DNA of 64,000 nucleotides from Podarcis tiliguerta (taxonomy: Eukaryota), in the NCBI GenBank assembly GCA_965153285.1, contig OZ229113.1; one strand, given 5' to 3'. The notes below the pieces were generated by a model. The model worked only from the letters and a program-made list of their open reading frames with translations. It did no database searches and was not told where the DNA came from. Position 1 is the stretch's first letter. Each line of letters opens with the position of its first letter. Below are positions 24,885 to 37,900 of this stretch, piece by piece. The position numbers were made by a program, and so were the translations under genes.

Positions 24885-24994
24885 GTAAAATTCAAATTTA
24901 TTAAAGGTTCTTTGTCCTGGTTGTCCATTATTGCCACAAATTGGCACTTCAGTGTCACAGTTTGATTTTCCTTAGGTGTTTGAAATGATTTGGT

Positions 24995-24997
<3 letters not shown>

Positions 24998-25029
<32 letters not shown>
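24998..25029. repeat. (ATT)n microsatellite, probably a LINE tail
   Basis: Read directly. Confidence 0.85.
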
Positions 25030-25031
<2 letters not shown>

Positions 25032-25169
25032 TTACATACCGCCCTAAACCCAGAGGTCTCATACATCTATCAAGTTGTTATAATCTTATTAGCAAATCTG
25101 TTTCATTGAAATTGTTTATCAGGGCTCTTACTTGCAACAACAACAGAAAGACACAAGCCTAGCACAAGC

Positions 25170-25241
25170 CTAAAGATCCACCTAGAATTCTGTAATGTCG
25201 GCCTGCTGGCCGACATTACAGAATTCTAGGTGGATCTTTAG
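25170..25241. repeat. Perfect 34-bp inverted repeat with 4-nt spacer
   Basis: CTAAAGATCCACCTAGAATTCTGTAATGTCGGCC-tgct-GGCCGACATTACAGAATTCTAGGTGGATCTTTAG. Confidence 0.97.
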
Positions 25242-26249
25242 AAGGACAACAGAGAGAGAGAGAGTATGAAAAAAACGAGATTGGGTAAAAAAATACCTTC
25301 CTGACCAAATTGAGGGAAGCTCTCAGGAAACAGCTGGTCTGGATTGTATGTTCCCTCAGAAACAAAAGAAATAAAAAGTTGGTTGACATTGTTCTTTATA
25401 TTACTGCTGACTATTTGTTTAGTTTTGCAGCCTAAAGTGCAGGGTGGGGAGAGAGAGAGTTCTGCCATGTACGTGTTATACTCCCTCTGCATAATTTATG
25501 TGGAAAAGTTGTAAATGACTTGGTTTTCTTAAGGTTTTATAATAATTGCTGCATTAACCATTGGTGTCAAAGGTGTGTGTTTTTTTAATGACTAAGATTA
25601 ATTTCAGGTCCTGAAAGGACTCCTGTATCTTTGAGTCCCTGTGAATGAAACTGCAATTATTATTATTATTATTATTAATACCCCATCCATCTGGCTGGGT
25701 TTCCCCAGCCACTTTGGGGATAAAACATCAAATGTTAAAAATTTTCCTAAACAGGACTGCCTTCAGGACTTCCTCTTCTAAAAGTCAGATATGCCATTTG
25801 GTGTTTTTTTCTTAGTTGTAAAATGTTTGCTTTTTGTTAAGACTATAAGCTTCAAGGCTCAGTAGAGCGATCGCCTCGGGCAGCAGATGCTACTGGGTGG
25901 GAAGCAGTGGGAAGGTGTTGGACAACAGAGCTGTGCATGCTGCTGACCTGTACAGCCCTTAACCCAGCCTTTGGGTGTAGTGCAGGATGTTGTCCCATCA
26001 CCAGTGATTCAACTGCCTGCTGGCTCAGCTCCCACCCCTGCTGGAGGGGTGGAGCGGTCACCTTTCCTTTGCCTCAGGCAGCAAAAGTCTATTGGGCCTG
26101 CTTGCCAGGGAGTTGAAAAGGTCAGACCAGGAAACTGGAATTTATGAGGAGGGAGAAGCAACTCGGTTAGAGAACAAGAAACTTTAAAACTTTTGCGAAG
26201 CAAAGATGCTGAGTGGAGGTGTTGGAATATATATATAAGTGAGGCTGGC

Positions 26250-26355
26250 AAACAATGTTTAATGTTTTATCATGATTTTATATATGCTGGAAGCCGCCCA
26301 GAGTGGCTGGGGCAACCCAGTCAGATGGCAGGGTACAACTATTCTTATTATTATT
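26250..26355 (+). mobile_element. L2-like LINE 3' end
   Basis: gccgcccagagtggctggggcaacccag plus ATT-rich tail; inverted copies at ~25656-25790 and ~43777-43968. Confidence 0.7.
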
Positions 26356-27595
26356 AGAGGAGAGAGCCAGAAATCAAGAGAAGGTAGAATGAAGAGTGCT
26401 GCAGAGGATCCACAGTGCAAGAACTAAGAAGCTGAGCTGAAAGTGAGGAGGCTGGGTGTTGCACTGCAGTGGACTAGAATGAGCAGAAGAAATGGCTTTT
26501 TGATCATGGGTAAAGCAGGGAAGTAGGCTAAACAAGTTTAGGTGGCTCCCCGCCCCCCATTGCTCTTATGGTTAACAGCTAAATCTGTTTTAGAATTTAT
26601 TTTGCTCTACCCCAAACCATTATTACAACAACAGAGGTGACAACTTGATTAAACTCTACAGCAAAGGTGGGAACCAGTGGTGGTCCTGAGGTTGTTGAAT
26701 TACACTTCCCATGTCCTTGACCATTGGCCATGCTGGCTGGGGCTGATGAGAGTTAGAACCCAACCAGTGGTTCCCCACCTCTGTAGACTATAGCTCATTG
26801 GTGATGGAGCACATCTTTGAATTCAGAAGGTACCAGGTTTGATTCCGGGCATCTTGAATGAAAGAAATATTGGGTGGCAAGTAATGTGAAATACCTTGTG
26901 CTTAAGACCTGAGAGAACTGCAGTCAGAGTATGCAACTCTAGGCCATATCAGCCAGCTCAGATCATGAGAGCAATCAGGAGAGCTTTGCTTGTAGTCCTG
27001 CCAGCAAGTATTGCTCTTGGTATTTGAATGGAGGGCAGGGCCTTCTCAGTAATTGCACCCTGATTTTGGAACTCTCTCCCTTTAGAGACATGGATGGCAC
27101 CATCATTGCTGAGCTTCTGTCATCTAGTCAAGTCCTTTCTGTTCTCTGAGGCTTTTAGACGAGTTGTGTAGCTAAGATTACCATATTTCAAAAAGCGAAA
27201 ATCTGGACGCAAAAGTTGTTGAAACAAAATTAAGGGGTTTTTTTTTTGCCAAGGTTGTTGAGCTGGGCACTATTTCTGGACTGAATCCAAGCTACCCTTT
27301 TCTGCATTGTTTATACTGGTTGCTTTTATTTTAAAATGTATCTGGTTTTCATCTTTCTTTTTATTGTTAAAAACCACTTTGAGACTTTGGATGAAAAGCG
27401 GTCTAAAAATCATATAAATAATTTAAATTTAAAGAATTGGGTAAAGTCTGACCTGTCCAATATAATGCAGCTTCCTTTGCTTAAAATGTTCTTCATAAAT
27501 TGTATGGAATTGGATATATACCACGGATGGCGATCCCAGGTTCAATCCATGGGATTTCCAATTCATATACAATTAAATTAAGGTAAAGATAAAGC

Positions 27596-27976
27596 GGGGA
27601 GTGGGTGGTGATATGGTCTAAACCACTGAGCCTCTTGGGCTTGCTGATTGGAAGGTCGACAGTTTGAATCCTAACGACGGAGTGAGCTCCTGTTGCTTGG
27701 TCCCTGCTCCTGCCAACCTAGCAGTTCGAAAGCACACCAGTGCAAGTAGATAAATAGGTACTGCTGCGGCAGGAAGGTAAATGGTGTTTCCTTCCACTCT
27801 GGTTTCCTTCACGGTGTCCTGTTGCACCAGAAACAGTTAAGTCATGCTGGCCACATGACCCAGAAAGCTGTCTGTGAACAAACAGTGGCTCCCTTCAGCC
27901 TGAAGCGAGATGAGTGTCGCACCCCATAGTCGCCTTTGACTGGACTTAACTATCTAGGGGTCATTTACCTTTACCT
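27596..27976 (+). mobile_element. Sauria SINE, older diverged copy
   Basis: gccaacctagcagttcgaaagcac..gtgcaagtagataaatagg core; ACCTTT tail. Confidence 0.9.
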
Positions 27977-28869
27977 TTTTTACCACTATTAAATGGTTTA
28001 AAATATTGTGTTAAAGAAATATTAATGTTAGAAATGAAAATAGTTGTATGGGCTTCTTGAGTTGCCAAAAGAAGTATCAGTATCCAGTATATTGTCAAAA
28101 TGCTTTATAACTACCCAGTTAAATGTTCTTAGAGAAGCTGTGCTACCGATGTGACTTGAGTCATGTGTTGCCTTTCCTTTTGGCCATTCACTGTGCAACA
28201 CTTGCAACTGACAATAAAGATGTTGCATGAAATTCAGAAAGTAAGAGCCCTTATCACAAGCTTGCTTACTGAGGACTCCAGTGTTAATTATGAGAAGGTA
28301 ATTAATATGACCAATATTTAAATAGCCACCCTAGGAGAGACAGAAGGATTAGGACCACAGTACACAACATGTAAGGGATTTAACCCTTTCTCCTCATTAC
28401 GGTCCTGATGAAAATCCCATCAGCACCAATGAGTACTAGGGCTGGAGGAGATTTTGATTGGAACCATGAGATAACCTCCCCTCCATGTGCTATTTAATTT
28501 TTTTAAACTGTCAATATTAATTGCTTAGGCACAATTAGCATCACAACTAGTTGAGGCTTCTGAAAATAGACCTAACAGCTGTAGAGAAGTAGAGCAGACG
28601 TACTTTCATCTCTTTGGAATCAAACCTTTTCTTTGTGGGGGGAAATAGTTCCGGTTTGCAGCAAAAGCTACTTGTGGGTAGTGCTGATTGGCTATTGGTC
28701 ATTACATCACAGAGAGCACCCCTCCCCAGCCCCTTGGGAATCCTCTGAGCAGCTTGTGTGAAAAGAACTATTTTGAAAATGTTTTCTTTAAAACAATTGT
28801 GCAAAGGATTAAAACACATATTGGTAAACATAAATGTAGTACTTTAAAAAAAGCTAAGAAAGCTTGCAC

Positions 28870-29215
28870 CTAGGGATGGATAGAATTGTAAATTTTGGAT
28901 TCTCTCAGTTTCCATTTTTCCAGTCTTGAGTCAGTTTCTCTGCAGTTCTGCATCAGCTTGTGATTTATTTATTTTTTAAAGCTCTCGTGAAAATTCATCA
29001 ACATTTTAGTGTGAATTTCTCCAGATAGGCACATTTCTGCAAGCAAATTTACCTAATGCCATGCATTTTCGAATGTTATTTTAACTAATATGTTCATATT
29101 TATGCCTACGGTCCCCTAATATACACATTTTTTACACATTCGGTTATAGAACAGCACTGCAAAATTTGGAAAAGTGAGAATTGCGAGTGAAAGCTGTGTT
29201 TCAGTTTGCATACTG
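28870..29215 (+). mobile_element. Old non-autonomous DNA-element-like repeat
   Basis: Starts CTAGGGATGG; similar to the inverted copy at 22590-22945. Confidence 0.55.
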
Positions 29216-29222
29216 TGATTTA

Positions 29223-29525
29223 GGGCTTATCCACACTTACCTTTGGCCCCACTCTTTCCAGCCAGAGGTCCACACCTTAACTCTCCATGTCTCAGTATTT
29301 TTTCTTTTGTCCTGAGCTTTCCCCATGAAAACCCACTCTTTAAAGTTGAATTGGAGCAAATGTCAGCTCGGGATTTCTGTGGCTTGACATTTGCTCCAAC
29401 TGAGCTTTAAAGAGTGCATTTTCACAGGGAAACTCTGGAGAAAAAAGGGGTGTGCTTGGATATGGAGCTTTAAATTGCAGACTATGCCTGGAAGGAGCGG
29501 AGGAAAGGTAAGTCTGGATAAGCCC
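29223..29525. mobile_element. PIF/Harbinger-like fold-back MITE
   Basis: TIRs GGGCTTATCCACACTTACCTTT / AAAGGTAAGTCTGGATAAGCCC; internal inverted symmetry; TTA on the left flank. Confidence 0.75.
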
Positions 29526-32055
29526 TTTGGGAGTTCTGCATTAAAATGTCAACCCAACTGCATTTATCCCCCATACCTATTTGCAGTCCACCTGGAACAC
29601 TGGCTGGAAGAGCAAGTCTGGTGTCTGACTCAGCAGCTGACTTGATAGAATGAGTATTGGCATCCAAATTCCAATACCAAGAGGAAGCTGGATTGGCCAC
29701 TGTAGCTGAAAAACCAGCTGCAACTCTACTTTTAAAATATTAGGTCTGTCTTCGCTGACACTTCTTGCCAAGCATGCTTAGAATTGCAGGTTTAGGACTT
29801 TTCCAGACGCTTCATGGACATTAGTAGGAATCTTTCTAGGACTAGGCAAAGCATATACATACATAACTGTTTCTGGCAGACCTGGTGACTAAGTGGCAAC
29901 AAGGCTTAGACACCAGGTCCACTAAGCTGGGTAGACCTGATCTCTGAAAAACAATACCAAATCTAATCCTTCAGTGTTTCCCAGTAGGTATCTACTGCTA
30001 ATCAACAGGAAGACTGGTGTCCAGATGACATCCTACCATCTATGGTGAAAGCCATTAATTTTGTCCTTGGCTCCTTTTACCTCTCCAGCCTTTAATTGCA
30101 CTGGGTAGATTCACTACTGCCCAATTACAGCTACATTAAAATCCTGGATTTCTGAATTAAAAATAATAATAATACCTTTAACATAGGGAGGATTATTTCT
30201 AGCCATACTTGCCTTTATTTCTTGAAAGAATTTAGTTGGCCAAAGAAACAATAGATGTATCACAGTGTGATATTAGTGAGCCATTTGATATCATATCACA
30301 TAACATGCATATAAATAAGCCAGAGATATTTAGATTAAACCAGATGCAGGAAGAATAAAGCCTTGAGCCCACACCAAACCCACCAAAGCTTTCTCCTTAG
30401 CCCAAGCAGTCTCATGCTGCCTTGTGGCAACCAGCCAGGGATCTAGTCATTCCATTCTCATTCCAGGAGAAAAGGAGAATGTCACCACTACCCAGCTGTC
30501 CACTCTTGACATTCTGCTATAGTAATATTTGATGGTCCTTCCTCTTTTGTCCTCTGGTATGATCCCAGAATAAAAACTACATGTTCTGACTATCTCAGTA
30601 TGAACTGTATTGATGTTGCATTTTTAGCCCCCGTCCCTATAAAATACATGCAAGCGGCAGTCAGGAAAAGATCAGGCCTCTGTTTGCATGTACTGTAAGC
30701 ATAATAGAATCATACAATTGTATTGTTGGAAGGGACGGTCATCCATTCTTGAGCTGGGAAAATGCATAGAAGAACTTGACTTCAACAGGCAGCAGCACAA
30801 GCCATGTTCAAGCCCACTGAAGTAACGAGCTGAAGCAGAGATTTGTACTATGTGAAACCATAAAGGTCTGGAAGGTTTTATCTGCATACTGTTGGCCATA
30901 CATACATAATTTTATTTGAATGCCGCCTTTCCACAGTTCAAACCATGCTCAAGGTGGCTTACAACATAAAAAATACACAACTGCAACATAACAAAAGTAG
31001 TCATAAACAATAAATAAACGTTAAAAAGTAGACAATTAAACCAATTTCCACATAAATCACAACAAGATCTATAAAAAAGATACAAAAAACCAGCAACAAC
31101 AACCCTACGCCCCCCAAAAAAACGCAAACACCCCAGCCCAAGACTATAGCTAGTGTTTATCTATGACCTTTATGGGTCCTGATCCCTTAATTTTAGGGGA
31201 AATGGATGCAGTCATTGGGCTTAGACTTAATGGAACCACTGTGTCAATTTTTTTAATTTATTTTTTTAGATTATCTGTAAAACTGTGAGAAAGTACTAAG
31301 TTGAACTTCATGATTCCCTAAGTCCAGTGGCATTTAGTGCTGTCATTCAATGGGCTGCTATCCAAGAAGGCAGCCTCAGGCTTCTTCACAACTGTACGTT
31401 ACATATTTGATGTGGTCAAATATGTGGTCATGTGATGGATGAAGCCCTAAAGGTGATTCCATGTACAGTAAAATCATTTGCAAAGAGCTGCAACCCTACA
31501 CAGACCCCACCCCCCTGAGCAAAGCATATCCGTTTCTTCCAGATTCTCTGTTTCTATTGTAGAGCCTATGCTCTACAGGGGTTGGGAACTTTTTTCAAAA
31601 GAAGAGCTGCATTCCCATCTGGGCAGTCTTCCCAAGGGCCACACGCCAGTGATGACCAAGGTCAGAGGCAAATGTGAAGTTTTACCTTGTACATCAGGTT
31701 GGTTTACACACAAACACACCCATCTCTATCTTCCACCCATGCAACCAGAGTTCAAAGACACATTCCAGCCAGATGAAAACACTCAAGGGGGTTGTGATGT
31801 AGGGCTGCTTAGAGCTATGGCCTGAGGAGAGTGGGTGTGACTCAGGGTTAGATGGAGGCGCCCGGGGGCCATATTTGGTACTCAGGTCCATCTGCCCCCT
31901 AAGTACAGTAATTGACCATATATATGTTTGTATAGATGGGAAACAAATATAAGCATGCACGTTTTTTCTATGCTTTACATCAGCTGATGATGTAGTCTGC
32001 CTCTTAATAATTGTTAAGATTTCAAAATAATAATTTAAACTTGTTTTCTTTTCAG

Positions 32056-32117
32056 ATGATACACCCCCTGAGAATGCTTTTCCTTTGGCTTTTCCAGATT
32101 TAGAAAAGCAGCTCCAG
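32056..32117 (+). CDS. MAP3K7CL: MAP3K7CL coding exon 2 (DDTPPENAFPLAFPDLEKQLQ)
   Basis: 62 nt; polypyrimidine tract with CAG acceptor; GTGACT donor; phase-compatible. Confidence 0.95.
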
Positions 32118-32954
32118 GTGACTCTTTTATTTAATACTAAAATCCGTAGTGTGAATTACGATTATTTATAACTATCAAAAATAGACTTCTGCTGTTGTAG
32201 TGAGTGATTGTCAATGTATGTACTCAAACTATAAAAATGAAAAGCATGGAAATATAGGCTCTTAGACTTTTAAAATATGCCCTTGTGAGTTCCAAAACTT
32301 CCTTTTTCTCTTCACATAGAAAAAGACCACATGTTTGGCAAGCTTAAAATGCTTTATTTAGAAACTCTCCAAAGCTCAGGTTTATGTGCTTTTCCATGCA
32401 GCATTTAGAAAAGTTGCACAGGCAGTAATATTCTTAAATTATACTATTGGTATAGGAACTTAAGATGCGCTTGTTAGAGCCATGTTGAGCTTCTCTGAGC
32501 TTCTCTGGTAGACTGAGGTACAACAGTAGGCTTGATTATCTTTCACCCAAAGTGAGAAGTGACCTAAACAAGCCTGGCAGGACAACTTACTCTGTGGTAT
32601 TAACTCCTTCATTCATTAATTAGACTTAAGTATGTTGGTCACATGAGGCTGATTATCCCACATTTATAAAGTGAAATATCTCTTCCTGAGACAATGGGAG
32701 GCCTTCAGGCAGCAAAGAACAAAGAAATTTCATTCCACCTTGAGCAGTGTTAGGAGGTGATTAATTTTGAAGCAACCTTTCCAGACACCTCTCAAGATAC
32801 CTTTCATCTGACTCAAACTCTTTGTTTTATTTCTCATTCCCCTCTGGATCTTTCTCCCAGCCGCCATATATCTCCATTTCCATCTTTTCACCCCAAGAGA
32901 CGGCAGATGGCAGCTGTAAAGTAGTTCTATGCTGAAATCTGTGCCCTGATTTCT

Positions 32955-32957
32955 ACA

Positions 32958-33018
<61 letters not shown>
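32955..33018. repeat. Compound (AC)n(AG)n microsatellite
   Basis: Read directly. Confidence 0.95.
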
Positions 33019-33021
<3 letters not shown>

Positions 33022-34835
33022 CATCAGTGAAAGAGGCTTCCAGTGTTCTGCCTCATTATCAGGGCACTTGAGAATTTATCTAGAATGTCTGTTAGCTTAC
33101 CTTTTCATTGTGAGGGGGCCAAGGGTGCTGGGTGAGTTATTCTTTCCAGTAAATATTTCTCCAGTACTCTGCATTCTCCCAAGCTGCCTGCACTTCCTGA
33201 TCTAAAAAGGCACATGGGAGAAGTTACTCAGGCTAGCTTTCCTGGAGCTTAGGTGAAGCACAGGCACCCAGGAAGTCTGCAAAATGCAGTCCTCTGATGA
33301 GATGATGTGCAGAATGAAAGAAAGGATACTTCACCCACCTCAGAAGTGAGGTGTTTCGCATCACCTATGAAAATTTCACTGAAATCAACTCTCCCCTTTC
33401 ATAATTTTTGGACACAGTTTCTTTTATCATTGACCGACAGAATAGTTTTAAAAATGCAGGAGAAATTCTTGGCTCCACACTAGTTTAAAGGTGAAAGGAG
33501 TAGAAGGTGAGGGACAGAATCTTTCACCCACCCAGAATGTCAGTCCAAGAAGGGTGAACTGCCATTTTTATTTTTTAAGAAAAAGTAGATGGAGCTGCAA
33601 TTCAGCTCATAAATTTTACAGTGGAGTCCTATGCATATTTACACAGAAGGAAGTTCTGTTGCAGCTGTAGTTAGTGTCTTTTCTTCCTTCCACATTTTAG
33701 TACTGAATCCAACCCTTCTGCAGTAGGAGAAATGTTCCATAAAGTTAATAATGATGAGCAGGAAAATGGAGAACCCCTGAGGTCCGGAAAGGCAAGGGGT
33801 CTCCCTTTAGGAACTGAGTCAGTGGTCCATTAGTTAACATTTATAGGGGGAAGTGAATGGCAATGTTGCCAACAAAGTGTTTGTGGTTTTATCTGCAATG
33901 TATGCGTGCTAATAACAGTCAGCTATGTATATATTGTATGCTGCACTATACAAGCAAGAATAAGATTTAACAGTTTTAAAATTATCCTTACCAGTCAGGT
34001 ATAATCTTTTAAATTTGCAGAAGGCTTGGAGAGACAATAAAGTTTCCTTTCATCAACCTTTTTTATATTGTTGAGCTAGGAGCAGCCTAATAAATTTACA
34101 TAAAAAAAACATGTCCCAGTAAGGACAAGAACTTTGCTGAATATAGACGGCTTGAAGTACATGTTCAAGTGCGTCACTGGAATAAGAACACAGATCCAGA
34201 CTGAGATCATGCATCTAGAAAAAGAAAGAATGCATTTTCCACATTTGGTTATTTTCAGCAAAGGACCTCTGCTCTTTTCCCTTTCCTTAAATAAAATCTA
34301 GACTAGAAGCTTTCTAGCAAACATTAGTTCAAAATGTGGAAATTCTGCTTCCTCCCATCAGTTTGGTCCCATTTGCTCCCCTTAAAGCTGCCTGGTCAAA
34401 ATGTTACAGTGACAGTAGGCATTTTAACCAGCTGTCTGTAGACTTTGCAGTGTGATCTTCTCTTTGCTGGCTCCCTTGCCTTGCACTTTCTAGTGGGTAC
34501 ATGAATCCTTTGGTCCCTAGGCCCCATTCACATAACATTTCCCACCTCCCCATGGGTCATTTCACATGTTACCAAGTTTCCCGCCCAATGTACACTTAAG
34601 CAGTCGCTGCCTGTATGATAGCAAACATGTATTTGCCACAAAAAATCTTTGCATTTCTCAGTATTCACTTGAAATGTAGGGGCAATCACAGATGCTCAAA
34701 TATTATGTAAAAAATCTTAAAATGCACATTTGTGAATGAAATCAATATAAATGACTGCATCTCTTTCGGATATGCATGCTTCTTCAGTCCAATTTTTATA
34801 TGACATTTAGAAATACAGGGGGGAAAGGTGTATGT

Positions 34836-34971
34836 CAGACTTCCTCAAACTCGGTCCTCCCGATGCTTTTGGCCTACAACTCCCATGATCCCTAGCTAGC
34901 AGGACCAGTGGTCAGGGATGATGGGAATTGTAGTCTCAAAACATCTGGAGGGCTGAGGTTGAGGAAGCCTG
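34836..34971. mobile_element. hAT MITE, 136 bp
   Basis: TIRs CAGACTTCCTCAA / TTGAGGAAGCCTG; perfect 8-bp TSD GTGTATGT. Confidence 0.92.
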
Positions 34972-37900
34972 GTGTATGTTGTAATGCAGAGCACGTATTT
35001 TATTCTAAATACACCAATCAGGCAAATATGTATTCTTTCCTGTATTCCTCTTTCTTTGTTTTCTGTGCCATAGGATAGTTTTTCCTGCAAAGGAAAATAA
35101 AAAACAGCGACAGAGAAGGTTTTAGATAATTAATAGAAGTCTGATTTATAAGTGCTGGGAAACACAGTTCTTACATGTCTATTCCAGTACAGCCTGTATA
35201 ATCTAACAGTCATTTGCTGCCTTATGATCTTGTGAACAGTTCAATGCAAGTTCATATGTGTTTGGAAGTATTTAAGATTTTCTGAACATGGCTTTGACAC
35301 AGATGAACCTGATCAAAACAGGACAGCTACATGCTTTCCACCTCACATTTAGATCTGACTATAGTAGGGGACAGACTAAATTGGATGGGCATCTCTAAAG
35401 ATACAAGATGGAGGCCACTTGAGCTATTAAAATTTCAGTAAGCAATCCATGCAAGTGGCTGACTAAAAATGACATTGGGGGAATGAGAGGCATGGAAAGA
35501 AGGAAATGACAGATTTGTTAGACAGATGGGCTGCCTTTCTCTTTATAGGAGGCCAGGGGTGGATGGAGAAAGACACAGGCTGCCTAAATCCAGAATAAAA
35601 AGTTTTCTAGTTTTGGAAAGGGGATTTAGTGAGAGGATAACAATAGAAACATTCATGAAAGCCTGAACATATTATAAGGCAAGTTGAGTACTGGGCACAA
35701 ACCAGAAGTATGCATTTGGTTACTTTTTAAATAGCCAAGAAAACTATAGATGACCATTAATCCAAACTTGAAACCATGCACTAATTAAGCGTAACATCAA
35801 GCAACATCCCTGGCCTATGTTTATTTTCACTATCTTTGTCTCACACGAAAACCACCGTTATCAGTTCCATTTGTTCTTTTCTCTTACCCCCAGATTTAGC
35901 TTTATATTTGGGGACACATTCATTTCCCCCCGCTCCCTCAGCCAAAGCACATTTAGCCTCCTAAGCCTTCACCGTAGAACTATAGTCTCACATTTTCAGA
36001 ATCTCTGTTATGTTTATCCTGCCCTTTGTTGCTATTTTTTTAAACCTGTCCTTAGCATTTACAAATGTCCTGGTCTTTACAGATGTCTTGTTTCCTGTCC
36101 AAAAACTAAACAGTGGGTGCTTTTATGAGCATTTCAAATCTCAAACATCTTTCTCTTCGGTTTCCTGCATCCAACAAACTGTACTAATGTTTCTTTTAGG
36201 CCCTTACCTGGTAGTGGATAATTCTTTTGGAGGAGCAGGTCATGTGTGGAGAAAACCCAGGTGGTATTCAATTAAATTTTACTCAGAGTAAAACTATTGA
36301 AATTAATGAACCTTACTTAATCATGTTCATTAACTTCACTAGGTCTACTCTGAGCAAAATTTAGTTCTGATCTGAAAGTCTGGTGTTTGCTGAACTAGAC
36401 CATCCTTTGCCCATCTGATGCCCCCAAGTTGATTTTGACTGCAAGCTCCAATCCAACTCATCTTGATCAGTCTGATGGGAGTTGTGATCCAAAGCATTTG
36501 GAGGGCACTGGGCTGGTGAAGGCTGAATGGGGTTGTGGAATGCAAGCTCCACACAGCTGTTGGTAACAAAACTGGTGTTCTATGTAGGAACGTGGCAGCA
36601 ATGGCCCTACCATTAAGCAGAGTGCAACTGCTTCCTCTGCTGGTCAATCCTGGCAGGTGGGGAGCAGTGGCAGCCTATGGTAGGACAGATCAGTGTGTCC
36701 CAGGTAATCTGCCCTGCATCCCTAAGCTAACCTGCTACCTTCAGGTGTGGTGAAGGATGCTGTCCTGGCATCAGGGTTCAAGTAAGCCAGAACTGCCACT
36801 CTCATCAGCTTCTATATTTTGCCTCGTGATGTGTCTGAATACCAGGTACTAGAAACCACAGGAGAGAGGAGTGTTCTTGTGCTTGGGTCCCACTTGTGGG
36901 CATCTGGTTGGCCCCTGTAAGAAAATAATGTTGGACTAGATGGGTCTTTGGCCTGGTACAACAGGCTCTTCTTACATTCTTAAGTTTTTATATCCTTCAT
37001 GTCAGACAGCATAATGTTTTGGGCCAGCCCTTCAGGGTTCTTAGAGGGCTCTTGCAGTAGAGCTACTTCTAGACCAACAGAAGGGGGTCAGGAATCTAGA
37101 AGCTGGGTTAATTTATGGTGCTTAAATATACAACCCACATTATTTACTCCATTGATGAGAGAAATGCACCCTGAGCCTGTTCAGGGGCACTTTGATTTAT
37201 TCCTACACCTTATGCTCTAGGTCAGGAGTTGCTTATATGGCACCTCTAGGTGCGCATGCATTCGCAAAGGCTTTCCTTAGTGTCCACAGGGGCCTCCTCT
37301 CGCCCCAGCTGAAATTAGACTTGAAAGAAGCATTCTATTGTAGCTAATATAATAGGTTGTGGTGTGTGCTTGGTTGGCGGGGGAATGGCAGTTTCTCCAT
37401 TTCCCCCCAAAAGGTTGGCAACTGCTGTTCTAGGTTAATTCCAGATGTTGAAAACAAATGTGGGGGCTGTGTACCCTGGTGAACAGGGTACAGCCCCCAC
37501 AAATTATGCCCCATACCTTGGAAGATGTGGTCTCATTCCTAAGGATAGGAATTTTGACTTATCATAGTTTCCCATTCCCATAGATAATATATACACAAAT
37601 CCTAGAGTATCTCTGCTCATAACAATAGCCTTTCCCTAAATGTTTATGTGCTAAGAGCTTTTGTTGTGTCCCCTCACGCAGTCAGTGTAAAAATTACTGA
37701 AGGAACAGAGATTGACTGCTTGATGTCCACTTTAACCTTCTGTATCTTCCATGGCTTTATGTGTAACCAGTCTTTAGAAGGAAAATATTGGTGACAGAAA
37801 AGCACATTGGTGAGAATATCGGGTTTGGAAGTAGGTAAAACCATGTTCAGATTGAAGGAGAGAAGATGTTTAAGATCTTAACACACACACTGGACAAGGG

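Noticed and set aside
31869-31878. CArG box CCATATTTGG near MAP3K7CL coding exon 2
   Set aside because: Appears to lie in the end of a decayed hAT-like MITE; single motif with no other support
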